A stretch of 64,000 bases of DNA from an uncultured Pseudomonadota bacterium (GCA_963736005.1 CAVTNB010000001.1:1152001-1216000); one strand, 5' to 3'. Shown: positions 8,687 to 19,113, counted from the first letter of the stretch. Translations and numbers: made by a program. The notes: a model not told the origin generated them from the letters alone.

Positions 8687-10819
8687 TCATGGGGAATCCA
8701 CAGGGGTGGGCGCATCGGTGACTAGCGGCGATGGGGTCGTTTGCGTTGGCTGGCCGCTATCTACAGCTGGGGTTGGCGACTCGACCGCGCCGAACGGAAC
8801 GGCAATACCGGCAGGCGCAAGAAGAGCACTTGGTCTGGGCGAGGGATGAGGAACACAGTAGGCGAGCGGAGCGGTGCCGTTGAGAAAATATTCGCTCCTC
8901 CCGCCGACGCCAGGCGGAGCTCTTCGGCTATCGCTGCAGATTCTAACGGCCTCGACGTCCGGTGGCATCGGTCCGAATGCCTGCACCGCCGTACCCTGCA
9001 GCGCGTTTTTCATAAAATGACTCCACGTGCGCGCCGGCACGTTGCCTCCGTACGACTCATACATGCGTGAATAGTCGTCGTTGCCAACCCACACAGCCGC
9101 CGCGAGCTGCGGAACGAAGCCCACAAACCATGCATCCCGAAAATCTGACGTCGTCCCCGTTTTCCCCGCTGCCGGCCTGCCGATGATCGCATTTGGGTAT
9201 CCAGTCCCCTCCTGGATCACTCCCTCCATCATGGTCGTCATGATATACGCAGTACCGGGCGAGAGCACCGCTCGGCGTTGCGGGTAACGATTGTCGACCA
9301 CGATCTGGCCGTACTGATCGGTGATGTATCGGATCGCTTGTGGCGGTGTGTAGATGCCACCATCGGCTATCGTCGAATACCCGGAAACCATGTCGAGCGG
9401 CGACACGACAGCCGTGCCGAGCGCAAGCGAAAGGTCTGCTTCCAAATTCTCCGTGATCCCCATGCGATGCGCGTAATCGACGACGGTGTCGATCCCGATA
9501 TCGTTGGCCAGTCGTACGGCGACGATGTTGCGCGAGAGCTCAAATGCCTTTCGAAGCGTGATGGCGCCGAGATAGCGGTGATCGTCATCTTGTGGCTTGT
9601 AATCCGTACCATCGCCTGCAGCATACGTGACCGGCGCATCCAAATAGATCGAGGAGACCGGAACCCCTTTATCCACGGCTGCCGAGTACACAAATCCCTT
9701 GAACGACGAACCGGGTTGGCGACGTGCCTGCCAGGCGCGGTTGAACTGACTCTTGGGCGAGAATCCAACGCCGCCGACCATCGCGAGAATTTCACCCGAT
9801 CGAGGATCCTCGGCCACCATCGCTCCCTGGTGCATGCCGTAGCCTTCCGAGGCGCCGGCGGCAACGCCCGCGGTCACCGACTTCTGCGCAATGTCTTCAA
9901 GCCTAGGCGAGAGCGTGGTGTAAACAGTCAGACCGCCGCGGAAAATCCGATCGTACCCAAACTGTTTCACGAGTTCCGCGATCACATAGGTCGTGAAATA
10001 AGGATACCGATACGATTGAATGCCATTGTCCGGGGCACCGGTAAAGGTGAGCTTCTTTGCCGCCGCCTCATCTGCTTGAGCTTGCGTAACGTAGCCGTTT
10101 GCCACCATCCGATCGAGGACGTGGCGCTGGCGTTCCTGCGCGCCCGGCAAGTTGTTGTACGGCGAGTACAGCGACGGCGCCGCGATCAATCCGGCGAGCA
10201 TGCTGGCTTGTGCAAGCGAGAGCTTACTGACATCGGTTCCAAAGTAGGCGTGGGCGGCGGCCTGCACGCCGTACGCACCCGCGCCAAAATAGACCAGATT
10301 TAAATAGCGCTCGAGAATCTCGTCTTTGCTATAATCGCGTTCGATTTCGATCGCAAGCAGGGCTTCCTGGATTTTGCGCGTCATTGTCCTGCGATCGCTG
10401 AGGAAAAGACGACGTGCGAGCTGCTGGGTGATCGTGCTCGCGCCCTGCGTGATCTGCTCGTGCTCGTAGTTTGCGAGGGCCGCGCGAACGATGCCGCGGA
10501 TATCGATGCCGTGATGGGAGTAGAAGCGCTCGTCCTCCGTCGCGATCACCGCTTGCCGCATCACGACCGGTATCTCCGTGATCGGCGCGTACACGTCGTA
10601 CTTGTTGTAGAGGCGCGCGAGCTTCGTGCCATCGCGCGCGACGATAAGTGTCGGCGACGTTGGTTCGATAATCGAAAGCGTGCTGACGTCTGGAAGATTC
10701 TGGCCGTACGCCCCGACAACGAAGATCGCGGCCCCGGCGATCGCCAATACTCCGGCGGCCAAGAGCAACAAGACCACGCTGACCGCGATCCGCAAGCGTC
10801 GCCGCCCCACCGCGTTCAT
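8687..10819 (-). CDS. Class A penicillin-binding protein (PBP1A family transglycosylase/transpeptidase)
   Basis: N-terminal TM; EDERFYSHHG, GASTITQQL, RKIQE, KDEILERYLN; SSFK, SRN, KTGT; start at MNAVGRR. Confidence 0.95.
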   Translation of the reverse strand: MNAVGRRRLRIAVSVVLLLLAAGVLAIAGAAIFVVGAYGQNLPDVSTLSIIEPTSPTLIVARDGTKLARLYNKYDVYAPITEIPVVMRQAVIATEDERFYSHHGIDIRGIVRAALANYEHEQITQGASTITQQLARRLFLSDRRTMTRKIQEALLAIEIERDYSKDEILERYLNLVYFGAGAYGVQAAAHAYFGTDVSKLSLAQASMLAGLIAAPSLYSPYNNLPGAQERQRHVLDRMVANGYVTQAQADEAAAKKLTFTGAPDNGIQSYRYPYFTTYVIAELVKQFGYDRIFRGGLTVYTTLSPRLEDIAQKSVTAGVAAGASEGYGMHQGAMVAEDPRSGEILAMVGGVGFSPKSQFNRAWQARRQPGSSFKGFVYSAAVDKGVPVSSIYLDAPVTYAAGDGTDYKPQDDDHRYLGAITLRKAFELSRNIVAVRLANDIGIDTVVDYAHRMGITENLEADLSLALGTAVVSPLDMVSGYSTIADGGIYTPPQAIRYITDQYGQIVVDNRYPQRRAVLSPGTAYIMTTMMEGVIQEGTGYPNAIIGRPAAGKTGTTSDFRDAWFVGFVPQLAAAVWVGNDDYSRMYESYGGNVPARTWSHFMKNALQGTAVQAFGPMPPDVEAVRICSDSRRAPPGVGGRSEYFLNGTAPLAYCVPHPSPRPSALLAPAGIAVPFGAVESPTPAVDSGQPTQTTPSPLVTDAPTPVDSP

Positions 10820-11325
10820 GCTGCAGGCCCAGAAGCCGGCCGCACCGGAGTCTTTGCAAACGCGTCCAAGATGGCGTTGACGAAACCGGCTGATTGGCCA
10901 GTAGAAAGACGGCGCGCCAGTTCGACTGCGTGATTGATCACATCCGTCGCATCGGCATCTGGCCGATAGCGCAGTTCCCAAGCGCCCATTTCCAGAATAA
11001 TCCGGTCGATGTCGGCCAGACGCTCGAGCTTCCATCGAACGAGCAAAGCGCTGAGATCGGCTTGCAGTTCGGCGCGATGATCGAGCGTGCCGCGAACGAT
11101 GCGCTCGAGCAGATTCCAATCGGTAACTCGGGGTGCGTCGGCGCGCCGGTCGACCGCAGGGTATTCGGCCTCGTATGGATCGTCAAGGCGCGCTTGATCG
11201 CCCCGTGAGAAAACCCCCACTTGGTCGTGGGCTTGACGCAATGCCTCTTCGAGCGTCGCCTTCCCGACTGCGATGACATAGAGGATTTCGAGCGCGAGCC
11301 GATGCTCTCGGCGCTCAGCGGCCAT
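10816..11325 (-). CDS. nusB: Transcription antitermination factor NusB
   Basis: [36 protein letters not shown]. Confidence 0.9.
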   Translation of the reverse strand: MAAERREHRLALEILYVIAVGKATLEEALRQAHDQVGVFSRGDQARLDDPYEAEYPAVDRRADAPRVTDWNLLERIVRGTLDHRAELQADLSALLVRWKLERLADIDRIILEMGAWELRYRPDADATDVINHAVELARRLSTGQSAGFVNAILDAFAKTPVRPASGPAA

Positions 11326-12691
11326 GCGCAGCTCCGACGGCGCTTGGCGGTTGCAGCACGTGCTCGCGGAGCCAGGTCACATACGTGTGACCGTCGAGGA
11401 ACGAATTCATGGTGAGAATGCGCTCGTGCACTGGTATTGTCGTTTCGACGCCCTGAATTTCGGTCTCGGCGAGCGCCCGCCGCATCCGGATGATCGTGTT
11501 GCCCCTCGTGCGATCGCTGACGATGATCTTCGCCAGGAGCGAATCGTAGTAGGGAGGCACCTCCGCACCTGAAAAGATGTGGCTGTCGACGCGAACCCCC
11601 GGCCCACCGGGCAAGAGAACGGTGCCAAGTTTTCCCGCAGTAGGCCGAAAACCGTTTGCGACGTCTTCCGCGTTGATCCGGCACTCGATGGCATGCCCGT
11701 ACGGTTTGATTTCTTCTTGACGCCGGGTGAGACGCTCGCCCGCGGCGATCCGGATCTGCCACTTGACCAGGTCGATGCCGTAGACGACCTCGCTGATCGG
11801 ATGCTCCACCTGAATGCGCGTGTTCATTTCCATGAAGTAATAGCCGCCGTCTTCGCTGACTAAGAACTCAAGCGTTCCCGCGTTGGCGTAATCGACCGCA
11901 CGAGCGGCTCGCACCGCGCTCGCGAGCAAATCACCACGAACGCTCGGATCGAGATTCGGCGCCGGCGTTTCTTCAAGCAGCTTTTGGTGACCCGGCTTTT
12001 GAATCGAACAATCGCGTTCTCCGACGTGAATCACGTGTCCATACTCATCGCCGAGCACTTGCACTTCAATGTGGCGAGGACGCACGAGAAGCTTTTCAAT
12101 ATACACGCGTCCGTCGCTAAAGGCAGCTTGCGCTTCTCCGCTCGCGGCGGTCACGCCGGCCGCGAGGTCAGCCTCTCGGCCAACGATGCGCATGCCCTTG
12201 CCACCGCCACCCGCGGTTGCCTTGATGAGCACTGGAAATCCGACTTCGCGCGCAAACCTTTTCGCTTGCTCCTCAGATTCGATGATGTCAGAACCCGGGA
12301 TGACGGGGACGCCCGCCTCCGCCATGCGATGTTTAGCTGATGACTTGTCGCCCATGAGCGCCAACGCGGCGGGAGCCGGACCAATGAACTTAAAACCGTG
12401 CGATGCACAGATTTCCGCGAACTGCGAATTTTCCGAGAGAAAGCCATAGCCCGGATGGATTGCGTCCACCCCGGCGATCTCACCAGCGCTGATAATGTTC
12501 GGAATGTTGAGATAGGAGCGGGCCGTTTGCGGCGGTCCAATGCAGTAGGCTTCATCTGCAAAGCGCGGGTGCAGCGCTTGGCGATCTGCTTCCGAGAAGA
12601 CCGCCACGGTCTTCACGCCTAATTCGCGACACGCGCGGATGACGCGTATCGCGATCTCCCCTCGATTCGCTATGAGCACCTTAGCAAACAC
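11315..12691 (-). CDS. accC: Acetyl-CoA carboxylase biotin carboxylase subunit
   Basis: [43 protein letters not shown]. Confidence 0.97.
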   Translation of the reverse strand: MFAKVLIANRGEIAIRVIRACRELGVKTVAVFSEADRQALHPRFADEAYCIGPPQTARSYLNIPNIISAGEIAGVDAIHPGYGFLSENSQFAEICASHGFKFIGPAPAALALMGDKSSAKHRMAEAGVPVIPGSDIIESEEQAKRFAREVGFPVLIKATAGGGGKGMRIVGREADLAAGVTAASGEAQAAFSDGRVYIEKLLVRPRHIEVQVLGDEYGHVIHVGERDCSIQKPGHQKLLEETPAPNLDPSVRGDLLASAVRAARAVDYANAGTLEFLVSEDGGYYFMEMNTRIQVEHPISEVVYGIDLVKWQIRIAAGERLTRRQEEIKPYGHAIECRINAEDVANGFRPTAGKLGTVLLPGGPGVRVDSHIFSGAEVPPYYDSLLAKIIVSDRTRGNTIIRMRRALAETEIQGVETTIPVHERILTMNSFLDGHTYVTWLREHVLQPPSAVGAAHGR

Positions 12692-12724
12692 GAACGATCT
12701 CCAAACGGATGTGCGACCTACCCG

Positions 12725-13348
12725 CTACAGGCGCGGAGGTTCTACCGGCGCCACCTCGCTTGGCGCTTGTTCCTGCGGGCTGGACGTTACTGCGCTGATC
12801 TCGTCAGGCGATACCAGCGCGCTCTCGACCACAAAGAGGGCTTCGCCGAAATCCACAGGTTGGCCATCCTCGACCACTTGCGCGACGAGCGCGGAGTCAA
12901 TGGGGCAACGCACTTCGTTGCGGAGGCGCAGCGCCTCGATGTATCCCAAGACCTGACCACTACTCAATGCGGCACCAGGGACGGGGGGTTGGGAAGCGTC
13001 GTGAAATATTCCGACCACTTCTGAGTTGATTGTGATGTAGCTGCGACCTGCCTCGCCGTTTTGCGCCGCTGTCCACGGCATGTACCGGGCGGCAGGCTTG
13101 GCGGAATCTCCAGTCGATCGAGCGGAGTCCGCCCCAGCTACTTCCCCTGTGCCACCGCTGCCCGCACGACTCGAGTCGACCGCCGCATTGGCCTTGACCA
13201 GCGTGACGCTCCCGTGTGGTGTTTTGAGTTGGAGCTGCGCAAGCGGCGATGCGGCAAAGAAGCGGGAGAGCGGATCGACCTGCTTGCGAACGAACCGCAC
13301 AAAGCCGGTCGGCTCTTCACGCGCGCGAGCCTTCTTGTTCTCCGCCAT
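12725..13348 (-). CDS. AccB/BCCP-like protein lacking the biotin-accepting lysine
   Basis: C-terminal biotinyl/lipoyl fold (ITINSEVVGIF...GQVLGYIEALRLRNEV...VEDGQPVDFGEALF); EAMKM is replaced by EALRL; immediately upstream of accC. Confidence 0.85.
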   Translation of the reverse strand: MAENKKARAREEPTGFVRFVRKQVDPLSRFFAASPLAQLQLKTPHGSVTLVKANAAVDSSRAGSGGTGEVAGADSARSTGDSAKPAARYMPWTAAQNGEAGRSYITINSEVVGIFHDASQPPVPGAALSSGQVLGYIEALRLRNEVRCPIDSALVAQVVEDGQPVDFGEALFVVESALVSPDEISAVTSSPQEQAPSEVAPVEPPRL

Positions 13349-13349
13349 C

Positions 13350-14591
13350 TTATATTGGTTCGGCGACTCCGCTCGGGTGGCCTTCGCTATGGTGCCCTAC
13401 GCCACTGACGACGGCTGCGCGCAGCGTGCGCTCGACGCGTTGCACGCCTGCGAGTCGCGCCCGCATTGCGGACAAGCCCGCTTCGAACTCCTGGGGTTTT
13501 AGGAGATGGAACGACGACAGGTGCTTGCGCGCGACGCGTTCGATGAGCAGATCGCCTGCGACGGTTTCTTTGCTTTCGATTTCGCGTACGACAATATCGG
13601 CAAAATCATGCTCTGTCAAATTGCGTATCAATGCTGGCAGTGATGGAAAGCGCGCCAAATCGACCCGCGGAATCGATGGGAAAAATTCGGCGAACGACGT
13701 TTCGATGAAGTGACGATGAGGGAGTGTCACGATGGCGATCTTTGCTTCGGGCGCGAGCACGGCGCGGAGCCGCAGCCAGAATTCTCTTTGCAGCGCGATG
13801 TAGTGAATGGAAAAGAAAAAGGTTACCGCGTCGTATGGGCCGGGTGGGAGTTCGCGATTGGCGTCGCCTTGGTAGTATTGAATGGCAAGGCTACTTGCAG
13901 CGGCCTTGCGGCGCGCGGCCGCAAGCATCGAAGCACTGCGATCGATGCCGGTCATCGAAGCTCCAGCTTGGGCGAGCAACGCGGTGAATCTGCCGGTGCC
14001 ACAGCCGACATCAAGAACCTTCATGCTGGGTCGCAGATGGATGGCTGCAACCACCGCCTCGAGGAGTCGCCGGTCGAGTGTGGTCAGCGGGCGGAGCTCG
14101 TCGTAGTTCGCACCCGCCCCATTTGGAGCATCGTAGTCGAGAGGACGGACCGTTTCTAACTCGGCCGTGCCGCCGATGCGCACCATGCTCTTCCGCACGG
14201 CGTCAGGAAGTTTTCGTGCTACGGCTTCGACCGTTCGGTTCTCGCTTCGCAATATGAGGTCGGCCCAAACGTCCGCAAGAGGCAAAACGAAAGCCTCCTC
14301 AACGAGCTCCGCGGCACGCCCGGCGTACGCGAGTAAACACAGATCGAGGACTGACAACTCCTGCGAGCGTTCGGCAAGTGCGAGCGCTAGATCGTTTGGT
14401 TGAATTTCAGTGGATAGCTCTGCTACCGCATAGTAAGCATCTTGATTCTCACCCGCAGGCGGTTGTTTCGCGCGGTAGAGATCCGAATTTCGAACGACGC
14501 TGCCCAACTTGCGTAGGTCGCGAAGTCCTTCGCGAATGTATCCTGGTGCGTCGCCGGCACGAGACGAAAGGCCAACGAGAGCCGCGTTCAA
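13350..14591 (-). CDS. Degenerate FolK (HPPK)-like domain fused to a class I SAM-dependent methyltransferase
   Basis: N-terminus aligns by eye to HPPK (GLSSRAGD, SDLYR, AVAELST, LDLCLL, EAFVLPLADV); C-terminal VLDVGCGTG...GIDRSASML...GDA; follows folP-folB. Confidence 0.8.
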   Translation of the reverse strand: MNAALVGLSSRAGDAPGYIREGLRDLRKLGSVVRNSDLYRAKQPPAGENQDAYYAVAELSTEIQPNDLALALAERSQELSVLDLCLLAYAGRAAELVEEAFVLPLADVWADLILRSENRTVEAVARKLPDAVRKSMVRIGGTAELETVRPLDYDAPNGAGANYDELRPLTTLDRRLLEAVVAAIHLRPSMKVLDVGCGTGRFTALLAQAGASMTGIDRSASMLAAARRKAAASSLAIQYYQGDANRELPPGPYDAVTFFFSIHYIALQREFWLRLRAVLAPEAKIAIVTLPHRHFIETSFAEFFPSIPRVDLARFPSLPALIRNLTEHDFADIVVREIESKETVAGDLLIERVARKHLSSFHLLKPQEFEAGLSAMRARLAGVQRVERTLRAAVVSGVGHHSEGHPSGVAEPI

Positions 14592-14962
14592 CGAGGCGTG
14601 CGGCGCAGGCGAATTTCCACCTCAGGCGTTGCACCGTCGAGCAGGCGCGGCTTCCTCACGCGAACGGATGCTTCCATAACTCGGGGGTCTTCGCACACGC
14701 GCTCGGCCAGACGCCGAGCGAGCGCCTCGAGCAACACGAACGACTGCTGCGTGACGATTTGCTCGCACAAACTAAAGAGCGTAGCGTAATCGATCGCATC
14801 GGCAAGAGCATCCGAAACCGATGGCTTGCTCAGGTCGGCTGTAATTTCGAGGTCAACATCGATGGGCTGCGTGCGGTCTCTTTCTCCCGGCAGCGCTCCA
14901 TGCTTCCCCCAAAAACGCATTCCGGTTATGCGAATGAATCCCGATTGGGGTGCAACGATCAT
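14588..14962 (-). CDS. folB: Dihydroneopterin aldolase
   Basis: GKHGALPGER..Q; AIDY; LLEALA; VRKP; ATGA overlap with folP. Confidence 0.92.
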   Translation of the reverse strand: MIVAPQSGFIRITGMRFWGKHGALPGERDRTQPIDVDLEITADLSKPSVSDALADAIDYATLFSLCEQIVTQQSFVLLEALARRLAERVCEDPRVMEASVRVRKPRLLDGATPEVEIRLRRTPR

Positions 14963-15837
14963 GATGGAAACCGCATGGGCAGGCGCTCCGGCGCTCGGGC
15001 GGCTCCAACCCGGCAAATTGCGTCGGCCACATCGACCACGCTGCGCATTTCGGCAACATCGTGAACCCGAACGATGTCGGCCCCTCCGGCAATCGAGAGC
15101 GCGCAGGCCGCAGCCGTGCCAAACAAGCGCTCTCCAACCGGCAACCCAGTAATTTTTCCGATAAACGATTTGCGAGATGCACCAACGAGCAGTGGATACG
15201 GCAGTCTGCTCGCGAACTCGTTGAGCCTGCCGATAATCTGCACGTTGTGATCGGGTGTTTTCCCAAAACCGATGCCAGGATCGGCAATGATTTTCTCGGC
15301 AGCTACCCCGCTGTCGCGAGCGTAACGGGTGGCGAGTTCGAGCGAACCGATAACCTCCTTGACGCAATCCCCATCATACTCGGCGTTGACGCGATTGTGC
15401 ATGACGATGAGAGCGGCACCCGAACGCGCCGCCAGTTCCACGATCCCGGGAATAGCACCCCAGACGCAGTTGATCATGTCCGCCCCTACGCTGAGAGCCT
15501 CCACGGCAACCGCTGGTTTGAACGTGTCAATTGAGATCGGCAGCTCGACCGCTCGGCGAATCGCCGCAACAACGGGAATCACGCGATGAAGTTCTTCGGT
15601 TTCGGACACCGGCTCGTGTCCGGGCCGTGTTGACTCACCTCCAATGTCGATGATATCCGCACCCGCCTCTGCGATGTCGATCGCGCGCCTCACGGCAGCG
15701 GCGGTGTCGGCGTAAATCCCGTCGCCAGAAAACGAATCGGGCGTCGCGTTGACGATGCCCATGATGAACGTGCGGGCACCCCACTCGAAAACGTAGTTGC
15801 GGACGATCAATGGCGGGAGCGGCAAACGCTCAAACAT
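14959..15837 (-). CDS. folP: Dihydropteroate synthase
   Basis: MGIVNATPDSFSGDG; DIGGESTRPG; DPGIGFGK; SRK; RVHDV. Confidence 0.96.
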   Translation of the reverse strand: MFERLPLPPLIVRNYVFEWGARTFIMGIVNATPDSFSGDGIYADTAAAVRRAIDIAEAGADIIDIGGESTRPGHEPVSETEELHRVIPVVAAIRRAVELPISIDTFKPAVAVEALSVGADMINCVWGAIPGIVELAARSGAALIVMHNRVNAEYDGDCVKEVIGSLELATRYARDSGVAAEKIIADPGIGFGKTPDHNVQIIGRLNEFASRLPYPLLVGASRKSFIGKITGLPVGERLFGTAAACALSIAGGADIVRVHDVAEMRSVVDVADAICRVGAARAPERLPMRFPS

Positions 15838-17173
15838 TGGCTGCTCGCGAGACGGAAGAATTCTCGAGGAACCAACGCCGCAGCGTCCCCACGAGAAAAG
15901 TGGATCCAGTGACGACGACGAGATCGTTTGCACCGGCAATACGGCGCGCGATCGCGAGCGCCTCGACCGGATCGTCTACCGCTCGCGATGGAAGCCCGGC
16001 CTGCTCGGCGGCGTTGACCAGCGTCTGCGAATGACGTGAGCGGCGGTGCGACACGTCGAACGTCGTAAAGATAAAGTGCGCCGGCAGCTGGCGCCATGCT
16101 TCCAACATACCGGCTGCATCCTTCTCCTGGGCAATCGCAACCACAAAGACAAGACGCCTCCCCGGAAAATGCCGGTCGATCGCGCCGCGCAACGCCGCTG
16201 CCTTTTCAACGTTGTGCGCGACGTCAAACAGCAGCGATGGGCGTGATGGATAGTACTCGGTTCTTCCGGGAAGGGAGATATTGCCGAGCGCCAGCGCTAT
16301 GTCGGCGGCGGTGGTTGGCAAGATGTTGCTGACGATCTCGCACGCCAGGATTGCCGTTGCAGCGTTGATGGCTTGAAACTCGCCGATCAGAGGTAAGGCT
16401 AATTGGTAGCGCGCCAGCGGCGTTTGGACGTCGATGGTTTGCGCGTAGGCGACGTCCCCAACCGTCGACCGAACGGTGACGTCTCGCGACAAAATAGAGA
16501 GTGGCGCGGAATGAACGCGCGCCGCTTCGGCAATGATTTCTAAGACGCTTGGCTGTTCCGCCGCGGTCACCACAGGAATGCCTTCTTTGATGATCCCGGC
16601 CTTGTCGCGCGCGATCTGCTCGATCGTGTCGCCCAAGACGTCGCGATGATCGGTCCCGACGTTTGTGATGATGCTGACCAATGGGATGATCACATTGGTT
16701 CCGTCGAGCGCGCCGCCGACACCGACTTCGATCACAGCGGCGTCAACCTTTTCCTCGGCAAAGTAGACGAACGAAAGCGCCACAAGCAGTTCGAAATAGG
16801 ATGGTGCGCCCCACTCGCACGATCGCATGTCGTCGATCACGGGAACGAGCATCTCAAAGATCGTCGCAAAGCGTTCTTCGCTGATTGTCGAGCCGTTGAT
16901 CCGAGCGCGTTCCGTGACCGAGTGCAGATGGGGTTTCGTGTGAAGTCCAACTCGCCGTCCGGTAGCTCCCAAGATTGCGGCAATCATGGTTGCGGTCGAT
17001 CCCTTACCCGCCGATCCCCCGACGTGGATGGAGCGAAATGACCGTTCTGGATTACCCAAGCGTTCGAGCAGCGAGCGCATGCGATCGAGACGACCAGGGA
17101 ATCTCGCCGACACCGATTCGCCGACGGATTTGTCCAAGAGTTTTACGGCAGTTTGGTAGTCCACGGCAGTCAA
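15830..17173 (-). CDS. folC: Folylpolyglutamate synthase/dihydrofolate synthase
   Basis: IHVGGSAGKGST; PHL...ER; EVGVGG.LD.TN; DH...LG; DVAHN; TGS. Confidence 0.93.
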   Translation of the reverse strand: MTAVDYQTAVKLLDKSVGESVSARFPGRLDRMRSLLERLGNPERSFRSIHVGGSAGKGSTATMIAAILGATGRRVGLHTKPHLHSVTERARINGSTISEERFATIFEMLVPVIDDMRSCEWGAPSYFELLVALSFVYFAEEKVDAAVIEVGVGGALDGTNVIIPLVSIITNVGTDHRDVLGDTIEQIARDKAGIIKEGIPVVTAAEQPSVLEIIAEAARVHSAPLSILSRDVTVRSTVGDVAYAQTIDVQTPLARYQLALPLIGEFQAINAATAILACEIVSNILPTTAADIALALGNISLPGRTEYYPSRPSLLFDVAHNVEKAAALRGAIDRHFPGRRLVFVVAIAQEKDAAGMLEAWRQLPAHFIFTTFDVSHRRSRHSQTLVNAAEQAGLPSRAVDDPVEALAIARRIAGANDLVVVTGSTFLVGTLRRWFLENSSVSRAANV

Positions 17174-17712
17174 CCCGAAATCGCGTGATCGCTCACGCTG
17201 CCACGCAAGACTTCAAATGCATGGCACAGGACTGGCGCGATAATGCCCAACGTCTCGCGAACCGCTTTGGGATTGCCCGGCAGATTAATGATGAGCGTGC
17301 GATTTCGAACCACCGCAACTGCCCGCGAGAGAATCGCCGTGGGAACGGCTTGGGCGCTCCGAACACGCATGGCTTCGGCGATGCCTGGGACTTCGTAATC
17401 GGCGACCGCCAGGGTGGCTTGCGGCGTGCAATCACGAGGGCTCAAGCCGGTTCCACCACTGGTTAAGACTCCATCCACTCGATCGACATCGGCGAGGTGT
17501 CTGAGAAGAGATTCCAGCTCGTCGCGATCGTCGGCCAAGATGCGTTCGGTTACAACCGTGCATTCTTGCGGCAAGCATTCCCGCATGATCGGGAGGCTCG
17601 CATCCGGCCGACGTCCGGATGCGGCTCTATCCGAGAGAATGACGAGCGCCACGCGAAAGACTTGGGGCGATTCAGGCACGCGCTCTCCTCTGAAAGTGAC
17701 CGCTTTTTCCAC
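17170..17712 (-). CDS. mog: Molybdopterin adenylyltransferase (MogA/MoaB family)
   Basis: ILSDR; TSGGTGLSPRDCTP; SRAVA; NLPGNP. Confidence 0.88.
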   Translation of the reverse strand: MEKAVTFRGERVPESPQVFRVALVILSDRAASGRRPDASLPIMRECLPQECTVVTERILADDRDELESLLRHLADVDRVDGVLTSGGTGLSPRDCTPQATLAVADYEVPGIAEAMRVRSAQAVPTAILSRAVAVVRNRTLIINLPGNPKAVRETLGIIAPVLCHAFEVLRGSVSDHAISG

Positions 17713-18184
17713 CGCTCTTTTCCACCAGTTCCACGCGTTCGATCGACATCGCGCGATCCGCGGCCTTGCACATGTCGTAGATGGTCAAGGCAGCGACCGC
17801 CGCACCCGTCAGCGCCTCCATCTCCACACCGGTCTGTCCGCTGCTCGCGGCGGCGCAGCGAATGCGCACCCGGTTGCTCCCCTCGATAGTACAGCTGACG
17901 TCGATGTGGGTCAGGGTGAGCGGATGGCAGAGCGGAATGATGTGCGACGTTCGCTTGGCGGCAAGAATCCCGGCAATTTGCGCCGTCACCAGAGCGTCGC
18001 CTTTTTTTGTCGTGCCCTTCTTGAGAAGCGCTAAGGCAGCCGGCTTCATGCGCACCTCGGCTTGGGCCACAGCGATTCGCGTCGTGACGGGCTTGCCGGC
18101 AACATCCACCATCTTGACGGAACCATCTCGCGCGAGGTGCGAAAGGCGTTTAGGAGAACGCGATCCCCGGCCAACGCGCTTCAT
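17672..18184 (-). CDS. moaC: Cyclic pyranopterin monophosphate synthase
   Basis: LSH...MVDV..K; KKGD; IPLCHP; TGVEMEAL; YDMCKA. Confidence 0.96.
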   Translation of the reverse strand: MKRVGRGSRSPKRLSHLARDGSVKMVDVAGKPVTTRIAVAQAEVRMKPAALALLKKGTTKKGDALVTAQIAGILAAKRTSHIIPLCHPLTLTHIDVSCTIEGSNRVRIRCAAASSGQTGVEMEALTGAAVAALTIYDMCKAADRAMSIERVELVEKSGGKSGHFQRRARA

Positions 18185-19047
18185 GGCAAGCCGGCATGAT
18201 GGCGCCACGTAATGAGGCCAATCATTGCAACGCCAAATATCCAACAGTAGATCGCAAACGGCGTCAACGAGTGTCGGTCAACGAAGCGCATAAAAAAGCG
18301 TATAGCAAAAAAACCGGCGACAAAAGCAACGAGAAAACCGACGACGATGATCGCTAACGGTTCGGGAGCCACCCCCAGTTGGGCTATGTTGTGCTGGCCG
18401 ACGAGATCCGCTGCCTTCGGATGGATGACGCGCCTCATCTCAAACAGGCTCGCCCCAAGGATGGCCGGTCCGGCCAGCAGGAACGAAAAGCGGGCTGCTT
18501 CTTCGCGGGTCAGTCCAGCGAGCATGCCGCCGGCGATCGAGAACCCAGAGCGGGAACCTCCCGGAACGAGCCCTCCTATTTGGGTCAATCCGATCCACAA
18601 GGCCTTGCCCAGTCCGATCTTCTCGATCGTATCGCTTCCTTGGCGCAAACGTTCGACCAAAAACAGAATCAAACCGGTGATGATGAGAAAGCCTGCGGCA
18701 AAGAGCGGCTGCGCGAACAACTTGTCAAATTGCTTTTCGAAAAGTTTTCCCACGATGGCCAAGGGAATGCTTCCTGCGATCACCATCAGTGCAAGCCGTT
18801 CAAACGGCTGAGCAAAACGATCGGTGAAGCCTGAAAAGAACCCGCCGATCAAGCGGCCATAGTCTTTTGCAAAATACACGAGAACTGCCAAGAACGTGCC
18901 CAAGTGCAGCATGACCACGAACGGCAAGCTGGGCAGCTGCCAGCCAAGCAGGTAGGAGATGAGCAGCGTGTGGGCTGCGCTGCTGATGGGGAAGAGTTCG
19001 GCTACTCCCTGGATGATGCCAAGGACGATGGCGTGGAGAAAATCCAT
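18181..19047 (-). CDS. uppP: Undecaprenyl-diphosphate phosphatase (BacA)
   Basis: QGVAELFPISSAAH; LHLGT; PGGSRSG; AARFSFLL. Confidence 0.93.
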   Translation of the reverse strand: MDFLHAIVLGIIQGVAELFPISSAAHTLLISYLLGWQLPSLPFVVMLHLGTFLAVLVYFAKDYGRLIGGFFSGFTDRFAQPFERLALMVIAGSIPLAIVGKLFEKQFDKLFAQPLFAAGFLIITGLILFLVERLRQGSDTIEKIGLGKALWIGLTQIGGLVPGGSRSGFSIAGGMLAGLTREEAARFSFLLAGPAILGASLFEMRRVIHPKAADLVGQHNIAQLGVAPEPLAIIVVGFLVAFVAGFFAIRFFMRFVDRHSLTPFAIYCWIFGVAMIGLITWRHHAGLP

Positions 19048-19113
19048 GCTTGACGCTTGGCCGCGCTCACCGTCGACGCCTCTTGCGCGACACGTGCGCC
19101 GCTCGCCCCTACA

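Noticed and set aside
10820..11119. N-terminal extension of PBP1A in the ORF track
   Set aside because: It overlaps nusB; the coupled ATG at 10819 precedes the TM anchor
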